Origin: Pseudogymnoascus verrucosus | Taxonomy: Eukaryota | Strand: one strand, 5' to 3' | DNA length: 47,828 nucleotides | Assembly (NCBI GenBank): GCA_001662655.1 | Contig: KV460283.1 | Shown here: in pieces, positions 1 to 12,249 of the stretch | How the letters are laid out: each line of letters opens with the position of its first letter | How positions within the stretch are numbered: the first letter of the stretch is position 1 | Translations under genes and position numbers: made by a program | Notes under the pieces: model-generated | Told to the model about the DNA's origin: nothing | What the model saw: the letters and a program-made list of their open reading frames with translations, nothing else | The model's database searches: none

Positions 1-1976
1 GTTAGTAGACGTACCTCTAAAGCACTACTAAAAGCACTCATTAATATGGCGAAGAATAAAAGCGCGCTTCTCGTGAAGAAGCTATCGCTAGTGGACGAAA
101 TGTTGTAGAAGATACTGCTGATAATAAGACCCATTATGGAGTTACCAAAAAGTTGAGTGAGAGTTAGGCTTGGATCGCCCTTCAGCCTCCAGAAACCACG
201 CCGAACACAAAGTGCAATCTGTCCACCATATGACAATGTGAAAGGACTGGTAACTCGCTGATTCTTTGATTGCTGAACCCTTCGAGAATCTTTGAATTCT
301 TCTAGATGTTGGCCACCGGGAGCATACTTCTGATTGTAGCTGCCAACGTCCTTGAGTAACGCAACTCGCTCGGGGCTGTTCCGCCAAGCTTGAGCAAAAT
401 CGTCAGGAGTGCGCGGAACTCTGTTCTCAAATCCCCGTCGTACAATACGCTCTTGGGGACTTGTCATAGACGTCAGGAAATCCGCAGTCGTTTGCCGATC
501 TGGGCAATCAAAGCCAAGATTGACGAAGTATTCCCTCGCCTCAGTGGTCTTGCCAAAGTAGATTTGACGGCCCTCATAGAGCACAACTACTTTATCGAAG
601 ATCTGTGTAACATTTAGTACTAGAGCAAGGCAGCTTAGAAGATAATTGTGGGAAATCATACATCGTAAGCACTTTGAGGCGCTTGATAGATAGCAACCAC
701 CGCAGTGGATCCGGCAAGATCGGTCGAAAGCCGAAGAGTTTTGCAGAATTCAATGGCGTTCGCACTGTCCAGTCCCCGAGTACTATTATCCCAACATTGA
801 AGCGGCGCGCCACTAAGGGCTGCTTCGGCAATGGTGACACGCTTCCGCTCACCACCACTCACGCCACGGATAAAGTCGTTCCCAACTCGAGTGTTGACAG
901 TGTGGCTGATACCGAAGACGGCCATCATGACATCGCGAAGGTATGCAGCGTATTGATTTCGCGCTAAGCCGCCAGGTATATGTCGAGGGGATCTTGCTTG
1001 AGCCGCAAATTCGAGGGTTTGGCCAACGGTAAGCATAGGAAAGTGCACGTCGACCTCTGCAGTATAGATGGCTTCGCCTCGAAAATCGTTGTGCATTTGC
1101 TTCGGTTCGATTCCTTGATAGTTGATTTGCGATTTGTCGTCGATGTAGAAACCATGGGTTTCTCCCGCAATGGTTTTGAGAAAGGTTGAACATCCACTAT
1201 ATTAGATATGAGTCCATGTATAACAGCGGTAACCACAGATAGATGTATCTTACCTTCCGGGAGGACCGAGTACAACCAACATTTCACCATGATTCACAAC
1301 ACCATCCATATTCCGGAGGATGTCGATCTTTCCGGGCTTCCCTTGACCGAAAAGTTTCTTAGCCATGCCAAAGGCCTGGAGCAAGACGTTTCCCTTTAAC
1401 TATTAGCAGCCATACTAAAATTTGCAACCGCATGGTAATAACATACCACAGTCTTCTGGTAATCAGTCCCTGAACCAAAACCATATACGTTCAGGTCTTT
1501 GAAGGCGAATCCGGCCGTCCGTTGCTTCCATTTTTCCGGATCGCGTGCTTGGAGATTAAGCACTGACTTTGTGAATGCTCTTGGTTGGAAGTTTGGCGAA
1601 TTTGGATTCAGGATCGAATCCTCGTCGGACTCGAAAGGGTTCTTGTCGTACACAGATGCACGGGACTGCCTGGTGAACCTTCTTGCCAGCTCGTGGAGCT
1701 CTTCATCTTGGGCCTTCTCTTCTCTCTCTTGTTTTGTGAGAGTCTTCTCGAGTTGGCTGAAATCGATGTCGGTGTGACTCTGGGCAGTAGGATACCTTAC
1801 GCTTTCGGTGCGAGAAGGGGCTGCGGTGGATTCAAAAGACAAGGTTTCTCCGTCTAGGTTCCCTGTTTCTTTATGAGTTACTAAGATGTTATTTAATTTA
1901 AATAGGTAGATTCTGCAGTGAGGTCGGCGCATTAACTGAATTCTTTCACCATTTCGATGCACTTACGGGTTGACAT
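1..1976 (-). CDS. PDR-subfamily (ABCG) multidrug ABC transporter, 5' part (NBD1 and start of TMD1); continues off the left edge
   Basis: Manual splice on the minus strand: exons 1976-1967, 1862-1447, 1393-1254, 1196-662 and 602-15, joined by GT-AG introns. The protein has the PDR-type NBD1 motifs [14 protein letters not shown] (Cys Walker A), VSGGERKRV and [12 protein letters not shown], then [10 protein letters not shown] and TM helices ([15 protein letters not shown]). No disablements seen. The first micro-exon is the least certain part. Confidence 0.95.
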
Positions 1977-4041
1977 TGTAACGGGGACTATGGCTCAAGT
2001 GGCCCGAAGCGAAGTGAAATAGCTGCCTCAGTAGTCTTAATCTAAGAGGAAATAAAAGAGAAGAACTAAAAAGGAAATCAAGTGAATAGAGGAAACATGA
2101 AATTCCAAGGAGAGTATAGGGGATATGGATTATAAGACAATCCTTCCATTCACATTTTTAAGTAGCTTCACCACATAAGGGACCTGCGTTGCTATAAGTC
2201 CCGATTTAAATTTTATGCTCTTCTATAGGCATCCGGGTTCCGTGCAAGGCAAGCGCTAATTCGTGCTTACACATAGAGCAAGGTAGAGGCTTCGGATTGT
2301 ACCGCCAAGGCACGATTGATGTTTGAGGATTAGTTATTCTGCTTCCTTTACTCCTTTCTCGACGTTTGCCATTCTGTGTTTAGGCAAACCTCCGATACCA
2401 ACGTATAGTTATGAAATTGAGCATCGGCACGAGCTTCATGCTGCATGGTTAGCGTATGACTTCCGTTTAAGGGCCACTTTAACCATTCTATTTTCTTCTT
2501 TGTGCCTTGTAGTTACCATTCGGGCTTGTGCAAACCTCCGATGTATGTTTACCTAGTAGTACTAGCGTATAATTGAGAATTTATGCAGATAGTTTATGGG
2601 GAAAAGTTGCATAATATCCGGCACTCGAACGTCTTTACCTATCTTGGAATAGTCATAGGAGTAAAGTAATTCCGAGCTCATGCTAAGTCCAGCCGAGACT
2701 ACCACTGAATCTTCTTAATCGCGGCAATCGGTTGCCATCGAGGCTCCGATGTGATTACTCACCGGCGGAACGCCGGGCGCCTTAAGAGAGCTAGAGGAGC
2801 TAGTGTGATCATACTCCAAACTAGCTCCTCTAGAATAACGATATACCTCGTCGTTCCCACCGAGTTTTGATTTTAAGATACTGACGTTGATACGTGTGTA
2901 TGATACTGTACAGCAGTACGGTATACTATCAATTCTCGGTGCACGGGTAGGGAGGGGTGCGAGGAGGTTTTGTGCAGAGTACATCATCCTCCACACAGAC
3001 ATCCCAGGCCCTATACTATCCATATTGTGCTATCTGTACCATCCCCTCTATCCTCTGTCCTATCCCATCATTCTCCAATTCCGCGTCAGTGTGTGTGAGA
3101 AGAAAGGGCAACAAGACAGAATAGGGAATCGTCGCCGGGATGCCAATCCCATCTCCCCCCCTCCCTAATCATACAGACACTCTCACAGCTATCCATCTCA
3201 CTCTTGCATAAAAGTACTCGCCGAAAGTATAGTTCCTCTCTCTTATTGAGGCTTACATGGCCCTTCTCCTTACGTACCCTCCCAAATAACCCTCAATACC
3301 TTATAATACCCACTTCCCCATCACCAAATAGCCCTGCATATACCGTCCATTACCCCTATCCTCCTGACACCATCACTCTTACATACCCGTTCCTACTTTT
3401 CCCTAATTGCTTCTCGTCGACTTCCTTGGCTTGGAAGTGGTGATTTATCATCCTCCGGGCCCGCCGTTTTGGGTATGTACTGTACCTCGACAAAGTACAC
3501 TCCAGAGGTATAAGGTTACTTACCTGCATTATCTGGATAACGGGATTACTGGTTTTTATGTAGCTGCCATATATCCTCACTACCTGGATTTGTGATAGTT
3601 TACTACTTTTGGACTTCAGATATCTCTATTTATTTGACGGATTAAATATTTCTGGGAGTCGATATTTGTTGCTTCGTAGCATTTGCATATACGTTTTATA
3701 AAAGGTAGAATTGAGAAGGGATATATTATTATACAAAGGTTATAATTATTCGACGCCACCGAAGCGGGACACATAACTGGACTCGAACGAATATACAAAG
3801 ATATTGCACGAACCTTGGTGATAATACCACATCTCATACCACCCAAACGAACAGCCAGGACAATATCTACACACGAAACAACCGTGGCCGGACCAACACC
3901 CCATCACGGGAATTCCGAGGCGGAAACAAACGAGAATAACCACTATTCTCACATTCCACCCATGTAGCACGACTACCACACTGGCCACAACCACAATCAC
4001 ACAACCACATTTCGAAAAACACACACACGAACAAAGTGAAA

Positions 4042-5460
4042 ATGCCACTCCCGCGTCCACCATCCCTCCCCTCCCCGCCATCAACAGACAACGACGCTAC
4101 GCATAAAAGCAGTAAGTCGTCGAGTAAGCGGACGAAGACATCCAAGCCGGGGCCGCGGGGGGGGAAGAGGGTAGTAGCGGCGACCGGAGGAGAGAGTGGG
4201 AGTAGGAGTCTCGAGATGGGGGATGGGAGGCATAAGAGGGTTTGGAAGGCTTGTGAGAGGTGTAGGATGAAGAAGACGAAGGTTAGTTTGTATTTCTTAT
4301 TTTCTGCTATTGAAGAGGGGATTTTAGGAAATGGAGTTTTGTTTTGTGGAAAAAGGGGTGGATCTGGGAAGAAATAAACATCATAGAACGAAAACAAGAC
4401 CCGCGGGGAAGAATGACGAGAGAAGGGGCATTACAACCGAAAGACTAGAACCCAGCCAACTCACTTATTTTAGTGCGATGGCGAATCTCCCTGTAAACGC
4501 TGCCGCGACGACGGCCTCGTCTGCACCGCCGGCCACCGCAAAAAAGCAGAATTCAAACAGCTCCCCCGCGGCTACGCCGAAGTCCTCGAGAACACCCAGT
4601 ATGCCCTCATCGCCACTGTCCACAAGCTCTACGCCATGGTCCTCGCCGGCGAGCAGTGGACCCTCGACCCGCCCGTCATGAATACGAGAGGGCAGCCGGT
4701 GATCCACGATATTGCCGCCAAGCTGGGGTGTATTCGCGCGGATCCGTCGAGTGCGGCTGGGGGAGGGGCGGTGGAGCTCCCGGCTGATGCGGCGGAGTTC
4801 GCAGAGTTACAACGCCAGTTAGAAAGTGAAGAGCGCGCGGGGGCCGGGGTGGGGGAGGAGATGGGAGGGATTTTGAGCGCCACGACGGGGCCGGATAGTC
4901 CGTTTGGTGATGACTCCTTCTGCGAGGACTTCGAGCCCGGATTCGAGATAGACGATGATTTCACCGACGTCGACGCCGCCGCTGGATACGGCGACGTATC
5001 ACCCTTCTCCGATAGCCCATTTGGTGGCTTCAGTTTGGACGCCCTACAAGGCCTACCAACAGGGGCCTACGAGGAGTTCATCCCCGCCTCCTCCTCCTCG
5101 CTCGTCATCCCCACTGCCGCAGCAGCGGGACAAATTCGCCTACCCTCCCAGCTTCAACTCACCCCGCAGCAGCAGCAACAAGCGGCGCTGGGGGCGCAGC
5201 AGGCGAGGCAGATGCAGATCCTGCAACAACAACAGCAGCAGCAGCAGGGTCTTGATTTCAGGGAACAGCATAATCAGTGGGGGCCGGCGGCGATGGAGGA
5301 GCAGATGAGAGCGCTTATGAAGAGGGGGCGGGTGTATGCGGGGCCTGGGATGGGGGGAATGCGACGATTAAGCCGAATTTGCTGGAGTGTGGGTTTGGTG
5401 CTGGGGGGGTTATTGACAATGAGAGATGAAGGGACGGGGGTGTATAAATATGGATGCTAA
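4042..5460 (+). CDS. Zn(II)2Cys6 transcription factor, Fcr1 (fluconazole resistance 1)-like
   Basis: ATG 4042 and intron 4282-4473 (GTTAGT...TTTAG) join KACERCRMKKTK|CDGESPCKRCRDDGLVC, giving six Cys. This is followed by RGYAEVLENTQYALIATVHKLY...GQPVIHDIAAKLGCI, which I recognise as the Fcr1-like family, then an acidic and polyQ tail. The true C-terminus may be at 5429 (see findings). Confidence 0.88.
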
Positions 5461-6812
5461 CACTCAGCTCAGCTGATTCTTATCTTTTTTTTAGCCTGGT
5501 AGGGCGGCACTACCATTTACTCAAGGGCTCGGAAGAGCTAGTATATCTGATGCCATTGAGCCTTTTGTCTTGCACAGTAAAACCTATCTGTTTTAACCCT
5601 AAGTCTGTGGAGTTGTAGCGCTTGAGGATGCTATTACACATCCCATATATGATGGCTACCTTCTTGTGGATGAGCATGGTACCGTAATGGATACAGTACT
5701 GCCTGTCTGACGGTACTGTGATATGTACGGCGCAGTGGGAGTTACAGCAGGCGAAAGAGCAATGTGCAGTAAAAGACACAGCACTGAGATATATGGAGTA
5801 CCGTACCGCTAACAGCACCGAATCCATTACTGTACTGTCATAAGTTTGGTACTGTAGAAGTTACGCCACGGAGAGAGATACAGTACTTTAAAAGACATTA
5901 TAAAGTGATATTTATAGTACTGCATTCAAGATGTAAGCGGCGACTACTATGAACTCGCGTGATTTTTAGAGATTTGGAGAAAGAACCAAATCTCCGAACA
6001 ATGGCCTTCTAGTTACTCACGGATATACTAAGTCCGCCCTTTTACTTACTATTCTTAGCCTCATTATGGTTTTTGTCCTAGTTAGACTATGGGGCAATGT
6101 AGAAGTTAGAATGGTTATAAGGGCTAAGAAGTTTGAATATCGTTTGTTTGGTTTCAGAGGTTTGGTTCTGTCGCTAAATCACGTAAACCTCTATATTCTG
6201 CCATTAACTTGCCTGTTATAGTTTCATGTCAGGATTACGTACATGGCTCTAGGTTATGGTTTACAAATGGCGAATGATCCTAAAAATAGGAGCAAAGGCG
6301 TCCTTAATATGGTACGTAAGCTTAGACGGCCAAACTTTGGTGTTGATACGAAAATGATGCGAAATTGACGCTAAACCGACACGAAAATGTTGCTTCGCCT
6401 CACCCACCCCGCTCACCCCACTCACCCTTCTCACCCCTCGCCTCACCCTTCAGGCGGCAAGGGGCCGCGATTCCACGCTATGCCTATTGGCACGATTGAG
6501 ACTATTAGCCAGAGGATACGCAAGCTTGTGTATGGCAGAGCGGACGGGATGCCCAATTCTCTTGAGTCTATGGTCGTATGTAGTAGTTGTAGTAATAGTC
6601 CACATTAAGTACTGCATTCTCAACTGTGATTACTCGAGGAACGTGGTACAAGAAAAATTGGAAACTATATCTTTGATCATATCTCGATCTATCTGTCTTA
6701 TTAATGTGAACTAACCATCTATATATTAGAACCCCTTGCCATAGTTACATTTCATTGTATCATAGCCGTCATATTTAACCATGGAGATGAGATAAACCGT
6801 GGCGACGTATCC

Positions 6813-7903
6813 TTACAAAGGCCACTGGGATCCTGAAAGCCCGCAAGCGTCATATCGATGGTGGTAATCAAACGCAGAGAGAATACCAAACAGATGAACC
6901 ACAGTTGCGAGGACAACCAGAACATGAAAAATTTGATGTGAGCATCCGAATATATCAAACCTGCCAGGCTTGAAGGACTCCGGAATCCGCAACTTAAAAC
7001 ACGAATCAGTATCCTTCCCATGTTGCACATATAATTCGGGTCTTCAATACTAACAGTGTAGAAAAGCGTGCCTAATATCAACAATAATCCTTCAGCGAGG
7101 TAATATGGCATACCTGACTGCTTCAGCATTTGGGAGAAGCCAAGGATCTTGATGCCGTGGGCGAGAGGCAGGAAGCCGGAAAGTCCGGTACAAACAAATG
7201 TGCAGACACGTAATGTACGCCAACGGTCACCCTGAAACCTTGGGTTTAGGAGTATGAATATTGATGCAGAGCAAAGACTGATGATCTGCGTACAAATGTT
7301 AGCCCGAACGAATCAAGACAGGATTGTCACATATACCATGGTAAAATATGTCTTTTGCAAAGCTGGTTCACAGTAGAAACCCACGTATATCGCAGATACA
7401 AAGTCTCCAAGGATCAAAACAATGATCCCGACAAAATCAAGCTGTAGCCATACATGCGACATGATGGCTGAGTGGCTCAGAAAGGTATGGAACATTGCCG
7501 ACAAGCCCAGGCACGTTACGGCCGTGAGAAGAAAGAAGGCAAATATCAGACGGTCGGAAACTGTGGCCACTGGATATCTGGCATCAAAGTACTGGTAAAT
7601 CATGACTTCGCCGGCCAGGAAGAAAATCCCGGGGATCAAATGCGAGTAAATGTTGACACTCTCATTGTGCAGGTACAGCCAGCTGGCGAAGCATGCTTGA
7701 GCGGAGTTTGATTCTGGGCGATAGCCAGAACGAATGAATGGACTGTCTTTCTGCCATTCTGGCAACTCATCGAAGGAGAGGAGGGTAGGACGAACATATT
7801 CGAATTTGTCGGCCAAGGGTGTTATGGGCGGTTCTTCCGAGAGCTCTGTGAGCTCCGTTTGGATGGACGCATACTGCTTCCGTAGACGCGAAAATGAAGA
7901 CAT
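6813..7903 (-). CDS. PAQR / hemolysin-III family (IZH/ADIPOR-like) membrane receptor
   Basis: Exons 7903-7337, 7285-7055 and 6992-6813. PAQR motifs: SGYRP...HNESVNIYSH, SAMFHTFLSHS, LDFVGI and RIPES..PGRFDIFGCSHQIFH. Confidence 0.93.
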
Positions 7904-8792
7904 TTAGGAACGGGAACTTGATAAAACAAATCTAAACAACGTGGTCTTTTTGGTCTCTTGTCTAGTTTGCTCATTCACCATGTTTGTCAACAAACAAAGC
8001 CCATAAAGGTTTTGTCGGTGAGACAGGACAGGCCCTTCGTACAAGCATATCGCGCTTAGGATAGATGTACCAGCACACACAAAATATAAGGTGAGGTACA
8101 AGGACTGGAATTATGTGCGAGTCAACTTTGATGAGCGAGAGACATTTGTGATCAATCCCCTTGGCTGGGGGCTGTCCCACCTCGGGCCGGTCTCCCATGT
8201 GTTACATGTGATTGATACCATTGGGCGCTACTAAGCCGATCCATTATCACATTTTAATCGCGAAAACCGCGCCAACTTCGCAAGTACACCAACTTGTCTG
8301 TCTGTATATACTCTATATTATCCAATAGATAATTGATATGCATGATGTTGCAAAATGCACGGACTTGAAGATGGCTTAAATGGGTAAGCTTTTCTTGCAA
8401 CCATGTTCCGATGATCCACTATAATAAAGCTTAATAACGACATGGCATGGCAATGTCAGACGCATACGAGCGTCACCCCCAGCAATTGTAAATCTACGTT
8501 CGTAATTAATGACAGCTCATATTCGTAAATACGAGCCATGGCGCTGGACACCCGTAAGCACTAATACTATGGACTGCCGTGGCTGTCCCTATTTTTCGCT
8601 GGCGAGGAAATTATAATAGCTGCGTATACGAGGATGGTGGCCATGGAGTTGATATTCTGACCAGAAATCCGAGCCCATGAAAGCTTTCAATGGCTATAAA
8701 AGCTGGGACCCCGGATGGGGTTGATATCATCTATCCAGTAGCATTTTCTGTGCTATTATACTCACAAACGCCGGTTGTAACCAGTCTCAATA

Positions 8793-10835
8793 ATGAGGTT
8801 GCTTGCTCTAACCTCGACAGCCTTCATCGCTGCACTGTTTTGCTCGGGCGTTGCTTATAGTTTGCCATCTACGGTCTCTGGCCATGTAGTGCACGAGAGA
8901 CGGGATACTGTCGGGATACTGTCGCTGATGGCTGGACAAAAACATCACACGCCAGTGCCGATACGCCTCTGAATCTGCGCATCGGCCTGAAGCAGCTCAA
9001 TCTCGAACAGGCGGAGGAGCTTGTCAACGCCGTATCACATCCGCGATCGGAAACATATGGCCAGTACTGGGCACCACAGCAGATTCTAGAGATGTTTGCA
9101 CCGTCCAGTGATGCTGTTTCTGACACAATTGTCTGGTTACTTGAGGCAGGTGTCCCAAGAAGTAGCATCGCGCTGAGTGCTGGGAAGAACTGGATCAAAG
9201 TCGACACGACTGTTGGGGTTGCCGAGTCCCTGCTTGACACGACGTATGGTGTATACGAGAGTTCCGAGGAAGACTTTGAGCTTGTCGCCTGTGAAGCATA
9301 TAGCGTTCCCGCGGATGTTCGGCGCCATATTGACCTTGTGACGCCAACTATACAGTTTGATACTAGGGGAACTACTATCCGCCAGCGTGTGAAGAAGAGA
9401 GATGTGCTGTCACCAAACCCACGAAAGCTACCTGGTTGGCATAAAAACCATAAAGCCGAATCACTGGATAATTGCAGAGAGGTAACAACTCCTGCCTGAC
9501 TGCGAGCCTTGTAGGTCATCGATTCTTCGGGATTGATACATGACTAACCGGAACTGTCAGATATAATATTCCAAAGAAAGAGGAGTCTGTGGAGGGAAAT
9601 AGCTACGGTATCGTAGAGTATGCGCCACAGAGTTATAACCACGAAGACCTCAATGGCTTCTTCAGCGTCTACGACAACGTCCCAAATGACACAGCGCCAA
9701 TCCTCGAGCGGTTTGACGGCGGCTATCTTTCCAAGGAAACCGGGTCTGGAACCCGCGGCAAGTCGAATCTCGACCTCTGTTACGCTATGGCACTCGTGTA
9801 TCCCCAAAACGTCACATTATTCTAGGTAGGCGGCGGTGTAGTCTGGAACCTAGCAACTAACAACAACTTCCTCGACGCGATAGATGGCTCATACTGCACC
9901 TTCGAGGGTGGCGATATCACCTGGGATGCTACATACCCGCACGATGCCTCTTCACCCGACGCATACACTGGCGAGCCTAAGTGTGGGACCCAGAACGCGA
10001 CGCATGTCATCTCCGTCTCATATGGCCGCAACGAGGACGCGCGACCTGCAAGCTACACTGCCCGCAAATGCACAGAGTACATGAAGCTTACCCTGATGGG
10101 TGCCACTATCATGTTTTCTTCCGGCGATACTGGTGTTACCGGAATTTCGGGCAGGTATTTAAATGAAGACGGCTCCTACACACCCCGCAGTCCCAACTAT
10201 GGAAGATTCGCTCCCTGCGAGTTCCCTTCTATCACTTCCATTGTTGTGGCGACATACTAATCCTCACCTAGTATTTCCTGGAACATGCCCGTGGGTCACC
10301 TCGGTAGGTGACACTACGCTCCCCCGTGAACGGCACCATCCACGACCGCGAAATCGTCGCCACCAGGTCCTCCCCGGGCGGCGGCTTCAGCAACATCTTT
10401 GCTCTGCCATCATACCAGGCCGAGACTGTGGCATCCTACTACGGGCACCACGACCCCGGCTATAACTTCTCGCAATACAACAACATGCAGCAGGTGCATG
10501 GGTACCCGGATGTATCGCTCAATGCACAAAGCTACATCACTGGCATCGTTGGCGGGTTTCAAGCTTTCACGGGCACGTCAGCATCGTCGCCTACGTTTGG
10601 AGCCATGATCACGCTTATCAATGGTGCACGCATTGCGGCTGGGACAGGCCCCGTGGGTTTCATCAACCCAGTTCTTTATGAGCACCGTGAGGAGATCTTT
10701 AATGATGTGGTTGAAGGGCACACTTCTGGATGTGGTACTGACGGGTTTACGGCGGTCGAAGGGTGGGATCCGGCGAGTGGGCTTGGTACACCGGACTTTG
10801 TCAGGCTGAAGAAGGTGTTGATGAGGCTGCCGTAG
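8793..10835 (+). pseudogene. S53 sedolisin / tripeptidyl-peptidase (aorsin-like) pseudogene
   Basis: Signal peptide from ATG 8793 (TATAAAA at 8695), prodomain (HERR...LRIGLKQ...VSHPRSETYGQY), SSGD, FTGTSASSP and GWDPASGLGTP. Lesions: an 11-bp tandem duplication frameshift (CGGGATACTGT x2, 8901-8922), TGA at 9497-9499, GKSNLD at the catalytic-Glu position (family GESNLD), TAG at 9823-9825, and a +1 C frameshift near 10320. Introns 9511-9560 and 10217-10271. Confidence 0.92.
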
Positions 10836-11922
10836 GTAAATATTGTACAAGCCTGGATAGAATGGATAGAAACTTATGTTAGTTCATGTGAATCAATAAA
10901 TTGAATAGACATTACTTTGGACTTTGAACAGAATGGGGACTTACTACCACAGCTTTGGTTGCTTGACCTAATATTACAGCCCTCTATGTTTGTGATTGAA
11001 CTCACGAAATCGCCCAAGTAAATCCGCCCTTTGTTCTAAACAAATCCTTTCATGAAGGGCCAGTACAGTCCCCTGACGTCTTTTGAATCCCCAAAAGTGC
11101 TTTGTTCCAGTGTACCAAAGGATTTGGCCCATTTCCTGATGTTATGGACGTCCGCCACCTTTTGATTACCGGACGAACAAGATCACCATTTCTCAAATGG
11201 GAAGGAGTCACTTTTGTACGACGGTGAGATTACGCCTTTGGCAGCCACTCAACGAAACTACACAGGTAGAACCCCGTCTCTTTATTGTGTCCTCAGTTGA
11301 CAGGTCGAAACTGGGGTGGTATGGGAATGCGAGAGTGATCGAGCTGCTGACTTCAGTCGATATAAATCAACTAACTGGTCACTGAGCTGCCCCATGCAAA
11401 ATGTGCTCCTTGTAGCATGCATAGCTGTTAATAATCACTGTAATAAATTAAATGCACCATAATAAGAAAATCTATCAGAGCTTGCGTTGCTCCGGGGTTT
11501 GTTCTGTGAGATGACACGCTTACGTGAGCCAGAGTATCACTGGAAGTTCGCCGCAACCGCACCCCATATATCACCAGTAAGAATACTAGTTGCATATACG
11601 GTTTACTATGGACGCATATACCCGCGTAAGAGTGTTGAAGTCGGCTCCTAACTGAGGACTCTCGATACGCTCATCCTGCGCTGTGCAATGTCTCATAAAT
11701 CAGACATTTACGTAGTCCAGCATCAGTTACTCTACCGTAGTTCTGATATCAAAGACCTCATGAATGCGGTACTAAATTTTCAGTTCGGGCTTTGCTCGAT
11801 CTGATCTTTGGGATATAAAACCGCGCCTGTTTCTCCCCAAATCGCCAAACCAACAACTCGCAGTCCAACAGCCTCACCAGACCAACACAAACTCACCAGA
11901 CCAACCCCCAACCACCACCAAA

Positions 11923-12249
11923 ATGCACTTCCCCACCCTCCTCCTCATCCCAATCCTCCTCGGCCTCGCCGCCGCCGACACCCTCACCCTCGACCTCCAC
12001 GCCAACAACTTCGACGACGCCTCCTTCCAGACCTTCAAAGTCAGCAACCTACACAACTGCCACAACTCAAACCAGAAATTCGAATACTACCTCCAGCACG
12101 ACATCGCGCAGAGTCTCTTCGAGCGTAACCTCGGGATCCGCGCATACGGTGAGCCGAACTGCCAGGGTCCGTCGAGCACGCACCCGTTGTCTAATGCGAA
12201 TGGGTGTGTTCATGGGGCGAGGAAGAGCTTTCAACTTTTGGAGATGTGA
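11923..12249 (+). CDS. Small secreted protein (108 aa, 3 Cys), unknown function
   Basis: Intronless ORF with a clear signal peptide (MHFPTLLLIPILLGLAAA|DT), CAAAATG start context, TATAAAA at 11814-11820 and C-ending codon bias. Confidence 0.8.
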   Translation: MHFPTLLLIPILLGLAAADTLTLDLHANNFDDASFQTFKVSNLHNCHNSNQKFEYYLQHDIAQSLFERNLGIRAYGEPNCQGPSSTHPLSNANGCVHGARKSFQLLEM

